Notes under the pieces: model-generated
What the model saw: only the letters and a program-made list of their open reading frames with translations
What the model was told of the DNA's origin: nothing
The model's database searches: none
Position numbers and translations under genes: made by a program
Shown: positions 11,130-22,273 of the stretch, piece after piece
How positions within the stretch are numbered: position 1 is the stretch's first letter
Layout: every line of letters starts with the position of its first letter
Source of the DNA: Neoechinorhynchus agilis
Lineage: Eukaryota; Animalia; Acanthocephala
Length of the DNA stretch: 64,000 bases
Reading direction: 5' to 3'
Assembly: GCA_051530055.1 (NCBI GenBank)
Contig: CM121342.1
Coordinates: 2,266,797-2,330,796 of the forward strand

Positions 11130-11690
11130 AGCAATTAGGTAATTCCAATAATTTAATATAATTTTTGCAGAGTATCCTCGAGAATGTCTCCACAAAAAAT
11201 GGATGGAAAATGTAGAATCGACGAATCTGGGCATTTGTATTTCTCTCTTTTTTCGATCTTCCGCCTTTTCAACACTTCGTCGGTGGCTATTGGAACTGTC
11301 AACTCGGTAATTCCAACAATTTAATATGATTTTACAAAATATTCTCGAGAATGTCTCCGCAAAAAATGGTTCGAAAACGTAGAATCAACCAATCTGGGCA
11401 TTTGTAATTCTCTTTTTTTCGACCTTCCGCCCTTTTCGCCACTTCATCGGCGGCTCCTGGAACTGCAGGGGATAAGTCCTCGTTATCAATTAGGTAATTC
11501 CAATAATTTAATATGATTTTACAATGCATCCACGAGAATGTCTCCGCAAAAAATGGTTGGACAAATCTAAGCATTTGTATTTCTCCCTTTTTCGATCTTC
11601 CGCCATTTTTGCCACTTCATCGGCGGCTCTTGAAACTGCAAGGGACAAGTTCCGGTTATCAACTAGGCAATTCCAATAATTCAATATGAT
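11130..11690. repeat. Tandem array of 170-187-bp diverged units, apparently derived from a REL-endonuclease C-terminal segment
   Basis: AATTCCAATAATTTAATAT recurs at ~11139, 11309, 11496, 11668; minus strand reads PGAADEVAKRAEGRKKENYK..FVQPFFAETFSW, similar to CRE REL PGGAATAAEERKRTKY..FVPYGVETL at 16303-16785. Confidence 0.6.
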
Positions 11691-12270
11691 CGAGTTTTCC
11701 CTACGAGGGGTTCAGCTCGTTTTCTCTACAGGGCGAGCTTTTCCCTCTTCGAGATTTATTTGTAAACATGCAAATTTTCGAGGCCTCGACCTCCTTATCA
11801 AGCATATAAAATCACATGTAGTAGGGGAGCTCATTTGATCCCTGGACTCGTGTGAGCGGGGCCATCAATTTCCGAGGTGACGCTTCGCCCTGTGCGCTAC
11901 TGCTCCACGGAGCTTATTAGTTGGAAGGACAAGAGCAAAGTTACTCTTGTTGCCTTCAGTTGTCCTCTCCGCATTGATGAGAAGAACTTCCTTGATCAGA
12001 GCCTTCTTTGGAGCCCGTTCTCCACCATTTTCACCTTCGTTCCTCCGAAGTCGATTGTGTGGTCGATTTGCACGGCGAGGTTGAAGATGGCCGATGACAC
12101 ATCACTCCGTTTGAGTGCGTATTCATGCTGCCGATCTCTTTTCAAAATATCCTGCTTCGTTTGTCCAATATAGAGACATGGTCACAGTTTTTGTAGGGTT
12201 AAGGAGATTGAAGCCTCGAAAATTTGAATGTTTAGAAATCTCGAGGAGGAAAAAGTCGCCGTATAGAGAA
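11690..12270 (-). mobile_element. 5'-truncated Penelope-like insertion (GIY-YIG C-half, pLTR with hammerhead, inverted pLTR fragment at the other end); repeated at 12646-13226
   Basis: Minus strand LYIGQTKQDILKRDRQHEYALKRSDVSSAIFNLAVQIDHTIDF..RRL-IKEVLLI; plus-strand 12197-12270 is a degenerate inverted copy of the pLTR (AAGGAG..GCCTCGAAAATTTG.ATGTTTA.AAATCTCG). Confidence 0.7.
11766..11807 (-). ncRNA. Minimal type-I hammerhead ribozyme with U3-A8 covariant core (copy 1)
   Basis: Minus: ATATGC-TTGATAA-G-GAGGT(CGAG)GCCTC-GAAA-AT-TT-GCATGT; 6-bp stem I, 5-bp stem II, palindromic AAUU stem III. Confidence 0.65.
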
Positions 12271-12721
12271 AGTAATTTAATATGATTTTGAAATGTATCC
12301 ACGAGAATGTCTCCGCAAAAAATGGTTCGAAAACGTAGAATCAACCAATCTGGACATTTGTAATTCTCTTTTTTTCGACCTTCCGCCCTTTTCGCCACTT
12401 CATCGGCGGCTCCTGGAACTGCAGGGGACAAGTCCTCGTTATCAATTAGGTAATTCCAATAATTTAATATGATTTTACAATGCATCCACGAGAATGTCTC
12501 CGCAAAAAATGGTTGGACAAATCTAAGCATTTGTATTTCTCCCTTTTTCGATCTTCCGCCATTTTTGCCACTTCATCGGCGGCTCTTGAAACTGCAAGGG
12601 ACAAGTTCCGGTTATCAACTAGGCAATTCCAATAATTCAATATGATCGAGTTTTCCCTACGAGGGGTTCAGCTCGTTTTCTCTACAGGGCGAGCTTTTCC
12701 CTCTTCGAGATTTATTTGTAA

Positions 12722-12763
12722 ACATGCAAATTTTCGAGGCCTCGACCTCCTTATCAAGCATAT
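12722..12763 (-). ncRNA. Minimal type-I hammerhead ribozyme with U3-A8 covariant core (copy 2)
   Basis: Identical to 11766-11807, offset 956 bp. Confidence 0.65.
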
Positions 12764-14018
12764 AAAATCACATGTAGTAGGGGAGCTCATTTGATCCCTG
12801 GACTCGTGTGAGCGGGGCCATCAATTTCCGAGGTGACGCTTCGCCCTGTGCGCTACTGCTCCACGGAGCTTATTAGTTGGAAGGACAAGAGCAAAGTTAC
12901 TCTTGTTGCCTTCAGTTGTCCTCTCCGCATTGATGAGAAGAACTTCCTTGATCAGAGCCTTCTTTGGAGCCCGTTCTCCACCATTTTCACCTTCGTTCCT
13001 CCGAAGTCGATTGTGTGGTCGATTTGCACGGCGAGGTTGAAGATGGCCGATGACACATCACTCCGTTTGAGTGCGTATTCATGCTGCCGATCTCTTTTCA
13101 AAATATCCTGCTTCGTTTGTCCAATATAGAGACATGGTCACAGTTTTTGTAGGGTTAAGGAGATTGAAGCCTCGAAAATTTGAATGTTTAGAAATCTCGA
13201 GGAGGAAAAAGTCGCCGTATAGAGAAAGTAATTTAATATGATTTTGAAATGTATCCACGAGAATGTCTCCGCAAAAAATGGTTCGAAAACGTAGAATCAA
13301 CCAATCTGGACATTTGTAATTCTCTTTTTTTCGACCTTCCGCCCTTTTCGCCACTTCATCGGCGGCTCCTGGAACTGCAAGCGACAATTTGTTTCTGTTC
13401 CCAAGGAGACGGCGCCTTCTTTCTCATGGAAATTTAATGACGTAATTACGTAATTTGCATTTTTGAACGCGCGGTTGAGAGCAGAAAGCGTTTAATTCGA
13501 CACGTTCATCGCTTGATAACGAGCATACACAATCAATTCGTCACGTATTTTCGGTTATTACGGTGAGTCACGTGTTCGCGTCACGTTGGAACGTGTGAAT
13601 GTAAACACACAGGAAAACCTATCGTCGATTGGTTTCTTCAGAAGGCGTTTTCTGAACAACGTTTTCGCTGCATAGTGCGTACTCTGATCGTCTTGACTGC
13701 TCTTCGCTCACACGCAAAAAATCGAGCTGTTCAAGCCGTGATGACGTCGCCTTGAAAAATTACAGGAATCTGTCGATTGTATTAAAATCAGTTTCGATCG
13801 CCATGCTTTAGATTCTAACGCTACCTCGGGTTCTTTTCCTTTGATTTTAATTGAGATTTTATTAGGTTTAAATGGGTCTTTTTCTAACTGATTGGGTTCA
13901 TAATCACATACCTGGAAGAATAGATCGATCGATTTTAAAATTCTAATGTTCAAATAGGGCGTTATTCATAAAAAAAATTTAGGACTGCCTTTCGCACTTT
14001 TAGTTTTTTCTTTGTGAG

Positions 14019-15999
14019 ATGGCATTTCGTCACAGACCTCGTCATGGACGTAACCGCAACTACGATTACGACGACATGGAAGATGATGACCGGGGTGGTT
14101 GTCAAAATAATGGAAGACGCCGAGGATATCGTCAGCGGCTGGACTACTTTGTTCCAATGCGATTTGGATATCGACGTAACGACCGCGATTCTATGGACGA
14201 AGGATGGTTTCGTGCGGTTTTGCCTGGCGTCACAGCGGAAGATCTCTCAAAAAGTCAACTATGTTCAATGCTCAACGACCGTAGCAGTATTCCCATAACT
14301 GTGTATCACTATCAACAGGACGAAATGAGCAACCGAATCATATTTTTCATCAATAGTCGATCAGAAGCTCAGGAGATAAAAGCGATGAGTCGGCGATTCA
14401 GCGTTCAGAACCGGAACGTTCAGATATTTGTTAGCCGTGTGCCCGAACCGACGTTTGCTATGACCGATGAACTTCAAGATGTTCTACGTCGCTATTTGTC
14501 GTCTCGGTATAATGAAGACGCTTGTATTCTCTCACTTGCGTCAATATCACGAAACGAGAGTTTTCGTTCAGAAGGAATATATCTTAATCTAAGCCGCTCA
14601 AACGTCTTTGCTTCCCTTATGACCTTGTGTGAGGAATCTTTCCCAAACACTGTGATTCTTGATCTTAGTGGTAATGGTCTTTCCAGCCTGGATGTGCTGC
14701 GTGGACGTCTTCCTCATGTTAGTCGTCTCAATCTTGAACAAAACCGAATTCATCGACTTCGGGAACTCGATTATGTACGCCACATGCAACTCATTGAACT
14801 CTCCATTGGAGAAAATCCTCTATGCCGTCAATTCTCTAGTTTTGATGATTTAACAAGTGCCGTTAGAGACAAATGTCCTAAACTAAACATACTTAATGGA
14901 ACAAATCTCCCTCCTAGAATCGGATTCGCCATCGATGACGAACCCGTTACACTACCACAGTCAGTGTCGTTCAATGTTCCAGAAACATTCCGTGATGTTA
15001 TTGCTCAATTTATCAATGAGTATTTCCGATTCTTTGACTCTGGACGTGAAGAACGACAACCTCTAATGAACATCTACACTGACGACGCCGTTCTCTCATT
15101 TGCGGTCAATTGCGGATCAAGGTCTTTCAGGTTCGATCGGTACATTAAAGAAGGTAGAAACTTCATAAAAGTCGTAGAAGATCTCAGTAGACACGACCGG
15201 CTCAAACGTGGTCGATTCGATATTGTTTCGTTTTTTGTAAAGTTCCCAAAAACGACTCATGATCCAGAATCGTTGAAAGTTGACCTGTTCGCCTGCACTT
15301 CCGACCGTATTTCGTTCTCAATCACTGGCCTCTTTCTTGAAGAATCGTCAGAACTCTCTTCTGTCTCCGTCCCCGCCACCGCTGTTGGCGCTGCTGGTAA
15401 CGGTTCCTCGAATGAAAGGCCCAATTTAGTAAGGCAATTTTTCCGTGTGTTCCATTGTATGATCATGGACAAAGCTCAAAAGACTTTTAAAGTGTTCGTT
15501 GAACATTTCACTGTGTCTGAAGCAAGTCAAGCCCAAGTTAAGCAGGCTAAGTTTCCTGCACCCGCGACTCCTTTACCTTCGACCAATCAACAATTAACAG
15601 TTCAAACTTCGGTTTCAATAGCCATCAGTGGTTCCCTAAAAAAATGATGCACAACAACAGCCTTGCGCTGCTGGAATCTGTGTCAATGGTGGTGGTAGCT
15701 TCTTCTTTTTCCGCTTTAAAAATCCGTGTTCTTGACCATATATTTGGGTCAACGAAACAGTTTGTACTTTTTGAGGGGAACCACTGGTCGTAAATGACTC
15801 AATTGAACCGACTCCTATAGAAAAGGCGAAATTAGTGGAGAAAATAAGAAAGACTACTTCGCTGACCATGAGTTACGCTCACGAATGTCTACGAGCCAAC
15901 AAGTGGAATTTTGATACAGCACTCAAAAACTTTCTGGAACTTAAAGAAAACAAACAAATACCAGTCGATGCATACGATCCGACTTTGGCGGATCAGTAA
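14019..15999 (+). CDS. NXF1: Nuclear RNA export factor NXF1/TAP (RRM, LRR, NTF2-like, then TAP-C/UBA in a separate frame after a 161-bp insert)
   Basis: ORF 14019-15647 has Arg-rich N-terminus, WFRAVLP RRM, LDLSGNGL/LNLEQNRI LRR, FINEYFRFFDSG..KFPKTTHD NTF2; 15775-15999 encodes TAP-C (LTMSYAHECLRANKWNFDTALKNFLELKENKQIPVDAY). The join between them is uncertain. Confidence 0.88.
15626..15786. mobile_element. hAT-like MITE (161 bp) inside NXF1
   Basis: Terminal inverted repeats CAGTGGTTCCC(C)T.AAAAA at both ends; no clean TSD visible. Confidence 0.55.
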
Positions 16000-16302
16000 T
16001 TGAACGCGCCGCCAGTGTATGTGTGTGTGATAGTGAAGAAAAATACGGAGTTTTTTTGTTAAATCGAATACAAAAATAAGCGAAAAACAACAACGTTTAA
16101 ATCGGTGATTGGCGAAACTTAAGTTGTAGCCAGGGACCTTTCTGATTATTTTTTTTAGCTGACCGTTTTCCCGACGTGTACATATAAATGAAGAATTTAT
16201 AAGCTCTTTTTTTGTTGTGTGCCATTGTGCACTAATCTCGCACGCGAAAACTTTGGGCTTTTGTAAATCTTTTTCATCGCTATACGCAAAAACAAGAAAG
16301 GA

Positions 16303-16785
16303 ATGCTACATTGTCCCCCCGGTGCCCTGAATACTGTGAATGCGTCCAACATCCTTGAGCCGAGCAATCTTTGCCGACTCTATGGCCGTAGACCGGACGG
16401 TGTCACAGTATTCTCGGGGCGAGGGGAGGCAAATGTCTTCTCTGGGACGCCATTCGCAGCCAGCAACATAAAATTCGCCACCATTAAACCAGGGGGAGCA
16501 GCAACCGCCGCTGAAGAACGCAAAAGGACAAAATACAGGAACCTGAGTCGAAATCATTATTTTGTTCCCTATGGCGTCGAGACACTCAGATCGTTTGTTA
16601 CCGCGGCGCAGGACCTGGTCAAGCAATTGTCTAAGAGACTGAGGCGAATATCTGGCGATCCGAGATCAGGAGCATTTCTCCTACAAAACATAAGTCTGGC
16701 TGTGCAACGAGGGAACGCTGCATCCGTCCTTTCGACTGTTACACCAGGACGGCAGCTGAGTGATCCAGAGCGGCGGCGTGAATGA
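16303..16785 (+). mobile_element. CRE-clade non-LTR retrotransposon 3' fragment (restriction-like endonuclease)
   Basis: LEPSNLCRLYGRRPDGVT..AAEERKRTKY..HYFVPYGVET..LLQNISLAVQRGNAASVL (PD..D/E.K REL). Confidence 0.75.
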
Positions 16786-17039
16786 TCTTATGGCTGAAAC
16801 TGGATTGTGAACTTAAGATGTAAGTGTATCGATGTTTTGAAAGATTTATAAGTTATACGTTATTTGTTGATCATAGCTGAGAAAAGGTCTCATGCCGCGT
16901 ACTTATTGTAGTAGTTCCTCTACTTTATAGTACCTTTCTCTGAGAATCTCACTTTTGAGAGAGTGATTATCATTTCAATGTGGGAATAGTAAACTTCATT
17001 GTGAATGCATTTTTGTCATTGATGGCTGCTGTACTCTAC

Positions 17040-17590
17040 TGAGGACACCGTTTGGAGTTTTCTCGGCAGGCTTTGACTTATCTTCACTAATGTTTTCGCA
17101 ATACGTCTTCCGCAACCTATCCAAATCTCAAATCCGCCGTATCGAAATGTTTCATAAAAGAGCATCTAAAATTTGCACAGCTGACTTTCCCCTCTCACCG
17201 AATGCCTTCATAAGATTTTCAACAAACAATCAAAACGCTTATCAACCCTACCACCACAATTTCTACCACATTTTATTCATCTTTTCAAACGAGCGCAACA
17301 CTCGTAATCCTAATTCGTCTCATCCTCCCTTGACCTCGCACCTCCCTATACCTGCGCTCCTTTTTCCATGCTGCCGAATCTTCTCGGATATCATAATTTG
17401 AAATGAACCTGAGAAAAGACCAACCTTACAAGCGCTCCTAAAAACAATATCCGCCAATTCCTACAATAACGGACCTTCCAAAACGCCAGACTCGTAATAC
17501 ACTCCATAATCGATAGCCAGATTCATTTACCCAATCAGAACTCGAGTGTTTATGAGGACCCAAAGATACATGAGTCCGGTTCTTTGTGCA
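17040..17590 (+). mobile_element. CR1/L2-group LINE 3' end plus 3' UTR with terminal stem-loop
   Basis: IRRIEMFHKRASKI..FFPCCRIF-type ORF tail; 3' UTR shared with 32870-33070; degenerate GAGGACCCA hairpin at 17554. Confidence 0.55.
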
Positions 17591-17692
17591 ACAATAAAAC
17601 GTGTTGGTAAATAATGTCGGAAAAAAATTCAAAAAAGTCACAACCAATTTCAAGGCTCACAAGATGGCCAACATCAACAAAAATAAATAAAC

Positions 17693-17958
17693 TGTGTTTG
17701 TTGGTGATGAGAAGAATAGATTTTGATTTACTGTTGTTGATATTTCGTGCTTCTCGTCGGACTTTTTCAGGTTGTAAATTGTTTCGAGATAAAAATAAAA
17801 GTTGTATCGATTTTCGCTAGAGATCTCTCTCTGTGGAAAAAACTTTATAACTTCACTTCTATCTTGAAACAATTTACAACCTGAAGAAGTCCGACGAAAA
17901 TGACGAAATATTGAGAACAGTAAATCAATATCTATTCTTCACATCACCAAAGAACACA
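17693..17958. repeat. Inverted repeat (~110-bp arms) with hammerhead-like core in each arm
   Basis: Arms 17693-17805 and 17847-17958; right arm CTGAAGA-A-GTC..GAC-GAAA-TA-TT at 17881-17912. Confidence 0.75.
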
Positions 17959-18467
17959 TATAAATGAACAACTTGTTTACAATAAATAAACTATATATGG
18001 AGAAATATTCGCATGATCTAACGTCGGACGAAAAATATACCGAATTCTATCTTACAAATGATTTCCGTTTGTCGATTGGAGCTTTCGAAAAAAGCCTTAA
18101 AATTTTGTAAGTGAGCAAGCTTTTGAGAGTTATGTATTTGCGATAATTATGATCTTCATATAGAATGAATGCGATAAAATGGCGCGAACGTTAGTTTACG
18201 TATTCAAAATGTCTTCGAGGTACACCGGTTCTTAGTGTATTTTCAAAAAATGGCGACCTTTAAAACCTTTTGTATGCATCTACATACCATTTAGTAATTT
18301 GTTATCCGCAGTCTACTTTCTTAGTCGTCCAACGAACACAATTCAATTAATAAGAAAATTACTTCATTCCCATAAAAATGTACATTCATAACTAAAAATC
18401 AAAGCAGATTAACCTACTTCGATTTCAATCAGAATTTTATCTTTGGAATTAGATTTTGTGTTATTTA

Positions 18468-18650
18468 AAAGTCTTTATGCCTTCCAGTAAATGATTTTTA
18501 TTAAAGACGTTCTGCGAACCTCGTTGGGTTCATCATCGGTTCTTTAGTTATTAAAAGACGCTTAAAACCAACTAACAAACTGATGATGAACCCAAAGAGG
18601 TTCGCAGAACGTCTTTAATAAAAATTATTTACTGGAAGGCGTGAAGATTT
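18468..18650. repeat. Inverted repeat (~74-bp arms, ~35-bp spacer) with degenerate hammerhead-like core
   Basis: GCCTTCCAGTAAAT.ATTTTTATTAAAGACGTTCTGCGAACCTC.TTGGGTTCATCATC pairs with 18577-18650; right arm CTGATGA-T-GAACC..GGTTC-GCAGAA-CG-TC. Confidence 0.8.
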
Positions 18651-18791
18651 ACAAAAGCAGCTTCATACATTTAAATCTTCACCATAAAGTCCCTTGTAGT
18701 CTTTTTTAAATTTGATCTTAGAAAAATGTATTGATAGAGATAACCAAAACGTTTAGTGCCTATTCGCGAAGACTTCAAACGCTCATTTTTC

Positions 18792-19523
18792 TCATTGATT
18801 TCCTTGAACCTCAATAGCCGGCGTAACAGTGTGTTTGGCAAACATCGCCGGTGGATCTTTGTTTATGTATTCGACGATAGCAGATTGTACGTGCCTCGCG
18901 TTTTCGCCACATTGTTCAATAAGCTCAAAATAGGCGTTCACGCTCACGTGATTGGTCGAAAGTCCATTTGTATCAAAACACGCAGAAGCTATCGGCAGTG
19001 GTGATAACTTATCTTTGAAATTCGTACTGAACACTGCAACCATTGTTGTGCCATTGCGCTCCGCATCACCGGAAAAAAACGAAAATTTTAAAGGTAAAGC
19101 AGCACTAATGAGGGCCATATAAACGGCGTTCAATGCGATGTTAATACAGAAGCCGTAATGGATTCTTCGGCACTTAGTGCCGGCATCTCCATTTGAGGAA
19201 ATATCTTCTAAATGTTGTACAGTTATGACATATTTCAATTCGGTTTGAGAAGTATCTTCAATCATTATAGAAGAGGACAAACACGAGATTATCATCTGTT
19301 CAATTATTTTAGAGAATCTTTTTGATTCATCGACGTTTCCATTTGTATCATCGAATGAATTTCCAAATGAATGAGAACAAATAATAAGATCGCGGGGTCC
19401 AGATCGACGTTGACCTGATACAGCCAAGGCTGCGATGACCGATTGCTCGACTCCGTTTTTGTCGAAAGCGCTCAGTCGACACGATCCCAACGACCGGCTA
19501 ATACAGTTAAATTCAACTTTCAT
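18792..19523 (-). CDS. EXOSC5: RNase PH-fold exosome subunit, RRP46/EXOSC5-like, single exon, 243 aa
   Basis: N-terminal FNCISRSLGSC, central IIEQMI..VITVQ, and INIALNAVYMALISAALPL match the RNase PH/RRP46 pattern; strongly diverged. Confidence 0.6.
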   Translation of the reverse strand: MKVEFNCISRSLGSCRLSAFDKNGVEQSVIAALAVSGQRRSGPRDLIICSHSFGNSFDDTNGNVDESKRFSKIIEQMIISCLSSSIMIEDTSQTELKYVITVQHLEDISSNGDAGTKCRRIHYGFCINIALNAVYMALISAALPLKFSFFSGDAERNGTTMVAVFSTNFKDKLSPLPIASACFDTNGLSTNHVSVNAYFELIEQCGENARHVQSAIVEYINKDPPAMFAKHTVTPAIEVQGNQ

Positions 19524-22273
19524 CTATAGAAAAAATCAATAATTTTATTGCTTAATAAAAGTCTCACCTAGCAGAGAATAATATACGAAAATTCTTTAAA
19601 ATGAATAGGGGAAACTCCAGCATTTTATTTCACAAAATTAAGAGGATCTTTAATAAAGCTTCTTAGACCTACAGATTTTGTGAATGTTTTTATCTTTTAA
19701 TAGACTTCATAATTCAAAAGGAAGTTTGAGAGTTTATAAATATTAGATAGAAAATAAAAAGGTCTAAAATCATCAAAGATCAAAGGGGACATTTTGGAGG
19801 GTCGTTCGCATTGACCGCAAAGAAATTATACAGTATTTTGAAGAAAATGTCGAAAATGACATTTTTATCGCAAATAATTTTAATAACTGTTAGGATCTAT
19901 ATCACTATTTCGCTACAGGCCACTTTCCAGAGTTTAGATTCAAATCTCACTGATGCGTTTTTAATAAAGATGAAAGTGCGCATTCACCAACAAAAAGATC
20001 CGATTTTAAATGCTCTTAAAAGTGAAAATTGAGGATTAATCCCATTGACTTTTTAGTTCACAAATAGCGTTAAGTTTGTGCGAACTTCTTTCGTGTAATC
20101 GATCGTATACCTCTTTTAGGATAATGGAGGGCAAACCGTTAAAATTGATTTTTTTGTGTTTTCTTGATTTTTAATCTTATTAACTTTTTTTACGGAAGCA
20201 TCCTTTTATAGAGATTGCTAATCTCATTTTGTCGTTCCTCGAACGCTTGCTGCGTCGCCTCTTTGGATCGCGGAGCTGATCCTCTCGACGAGGAAGCAAA
20301 AATAAATTTTGTTTGAAAGCAACTCTTTTATTTAAACACACAACAACAAAACGTTTAAACAATCACCACCCCCCCCCTCAGTGGTCGCGACCACACTCGC
20401 TGCGTTTCCTCTTTGTATCGCGACCACACAGTGTTTTGGTGTAGGAAGACATCAGCTCTTGTAGATTTTAATTAGGATTGGACGGGCGAAGAATTAGGTC
20501 GGCCACTCTTCGCATGCGGAATCAGTTACATTTGGCCATGAGTTTTTAAATGATAAAATGTTCATTTTTTCCAATTCGATTTGTTTGTGGTTTATGGTCG
20601 ATTTTAATTATTTTTCTCAAATTATCGCAAAAATAATGCTTGCAACAAAGGTCACAGTTCAGGTATTTGCAAGGTGAATTATTATTGGCCACCTTAGTAA
20701 GTTGAGAGAAAATCGGCATGCATAATGAATTCTTCGTTTGGACAATGTTTCGGAAAAAAGCATAAATTAAGCGCACTGCAGGTTTTTAATTATTAGAACA
20801 AAATTTTGAGCTTGCATTACATTCTAAAGCTCGATTTTTGTGTTTAAAAATTACCCGCGTTAAATTCTTCAAAAAATACGCAGCGGCACAATACAGTTGT
20901 CGATTTTTCTGGAACCAACAAAAAAATACGCGATTCCGCTTTAACAGAAACAAATTTCAATCTCTTAAGCATCACTTATTTCGTCCTTTGAAAAACAAGA
21001 TTTATAAAAATGGTAATTATAAGTCAATCATAACATTTAAAAAAAGATGACGAGAAATATGCCAAGAACTTTGTTCTGCAAGTATCGTGCATTATGTGAA
21101 ATTAGGAATTAAATTCGTCCCATGGTTTTTGATAGTTATAGAAATCCAAACCCCAATAATAAAGAAATAAGCCGAAATGTATTCTAAAGTCATTATTGAT
21201 TTTTTTCGCCATTGAAATCTTTGATACCTTTCTTAAAGTATTGCGTATTCGATTGAGCAAAGTTCTTCGAGTATTTGGGATCATCCCAAAACGTCGACCA
21301 ATTTTCTGAGCGCAATATATGCCCCATTATAATAGTCAATTCCTTTTGCACCCATTAGATGAAAATCGTAGTTACATTTTGGGCGACTGTGCGTCCATCT
21401 CTACCAAGCTTATATTCTTTAATCTCTAGCCAATTATCATTGAACGTCATGAATCCCCCCATTTTAATTTTTAAACCTTTTGAATGGACTTCCATTGAAC
21501 ATAATACATTTATGCCTCATAATACGAAATAATGCGGGTCAGTAGAGCTTTCATTTTTCCGAAACTAGTATCATTATTGACACTTTTGATGTTAAAATTG
21601 TGACGCTGACAAATAATAATGAATTGTTGAATTGATTCGAACGGCCGGTTTGCTTCGCCTTGGCTCTCCAATTTGAAATTCAAACAATAACAATTTTCTT
21701 CTCCAAATACTGGGGAGCAAAAAAGTTGCGATTTTACATAAGGAGAAGGGAACGGCGTGTTCGCTAATAATGATGCGAGGGAGAGTTCTGGACGTCAACT
21801 CGACAAAACCCCAGAACTGCTCAATAGACGGGACGAACCTTCTACTACACTTCAATTTCGCTACTCTAAAACACTTCATAACTGAATGCTCGTTTTTAGA
21901 TTCCTGAGGAAGTAGTAAGACGGCGAAAGCACTCGGAAATAAAGATTTTTCTTTGCTGAAAAATCAAGTAGTATTTCACAAGATCGATAACAGTCGTGAG
22001 ATGTGTGCAAAGCGAACATTGCCATATATTTTCAGCCCTATGTGTTTTCCTGATCGACGAGAGATGCGTTCGGTCAATCCCGCTTTTTAAAAATCAGAAA
22101 AATTAAGAACTTCTCATGAATCATTCAGTACGATTGCACCATTTTAAACTTTTTCGTAAATACTGGCAAACAGATCTTCATAGACCCTCAGATAAACAGT
22201 AAATCAAAAATAAAAGTAATCGTTTCTATGACAACACAATCCTCTTTAAAGCCGTACGTTGACGTGATCGAAG

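Larger units (their letters stand above)
11346..13380. repeat. 956-bp near-perfect tandem duplication (about 2.1 units)
   Basis: Identical ORFs at 11877 and 12833 (offset 956); only scattered substitutions between units. Confidence 0.95.

Noticed and set aside
11877-12173. Duplicated 98-aa plus-strand ORF (also 12833-13129) as a host gene
   Set aside because: It is the antisense shadow of a Penelope GIY-YIG fragment.
13610-13645. Hammerhead-like CTGAAGA plus hairpin on the minus strand
   Set aside because: No GAAA after stem II (TTCC instead).
13708-13953. 81-aa minus-strand ORF divergent from NXF1
   Set aside because: No recognisable motif; within the length expected by chance.
21100-21500. 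Possible Tc1/IS630-type transposase remnant (LTIIMGH, PKYSKNF on minus)
   Set aside because: Similarity too weak, stops present, no TIRs found.
21900-21940. CTGAGGA..GAAA motif
   Set aside because: Stem II does not pair and there is no UH cleavage triplet.
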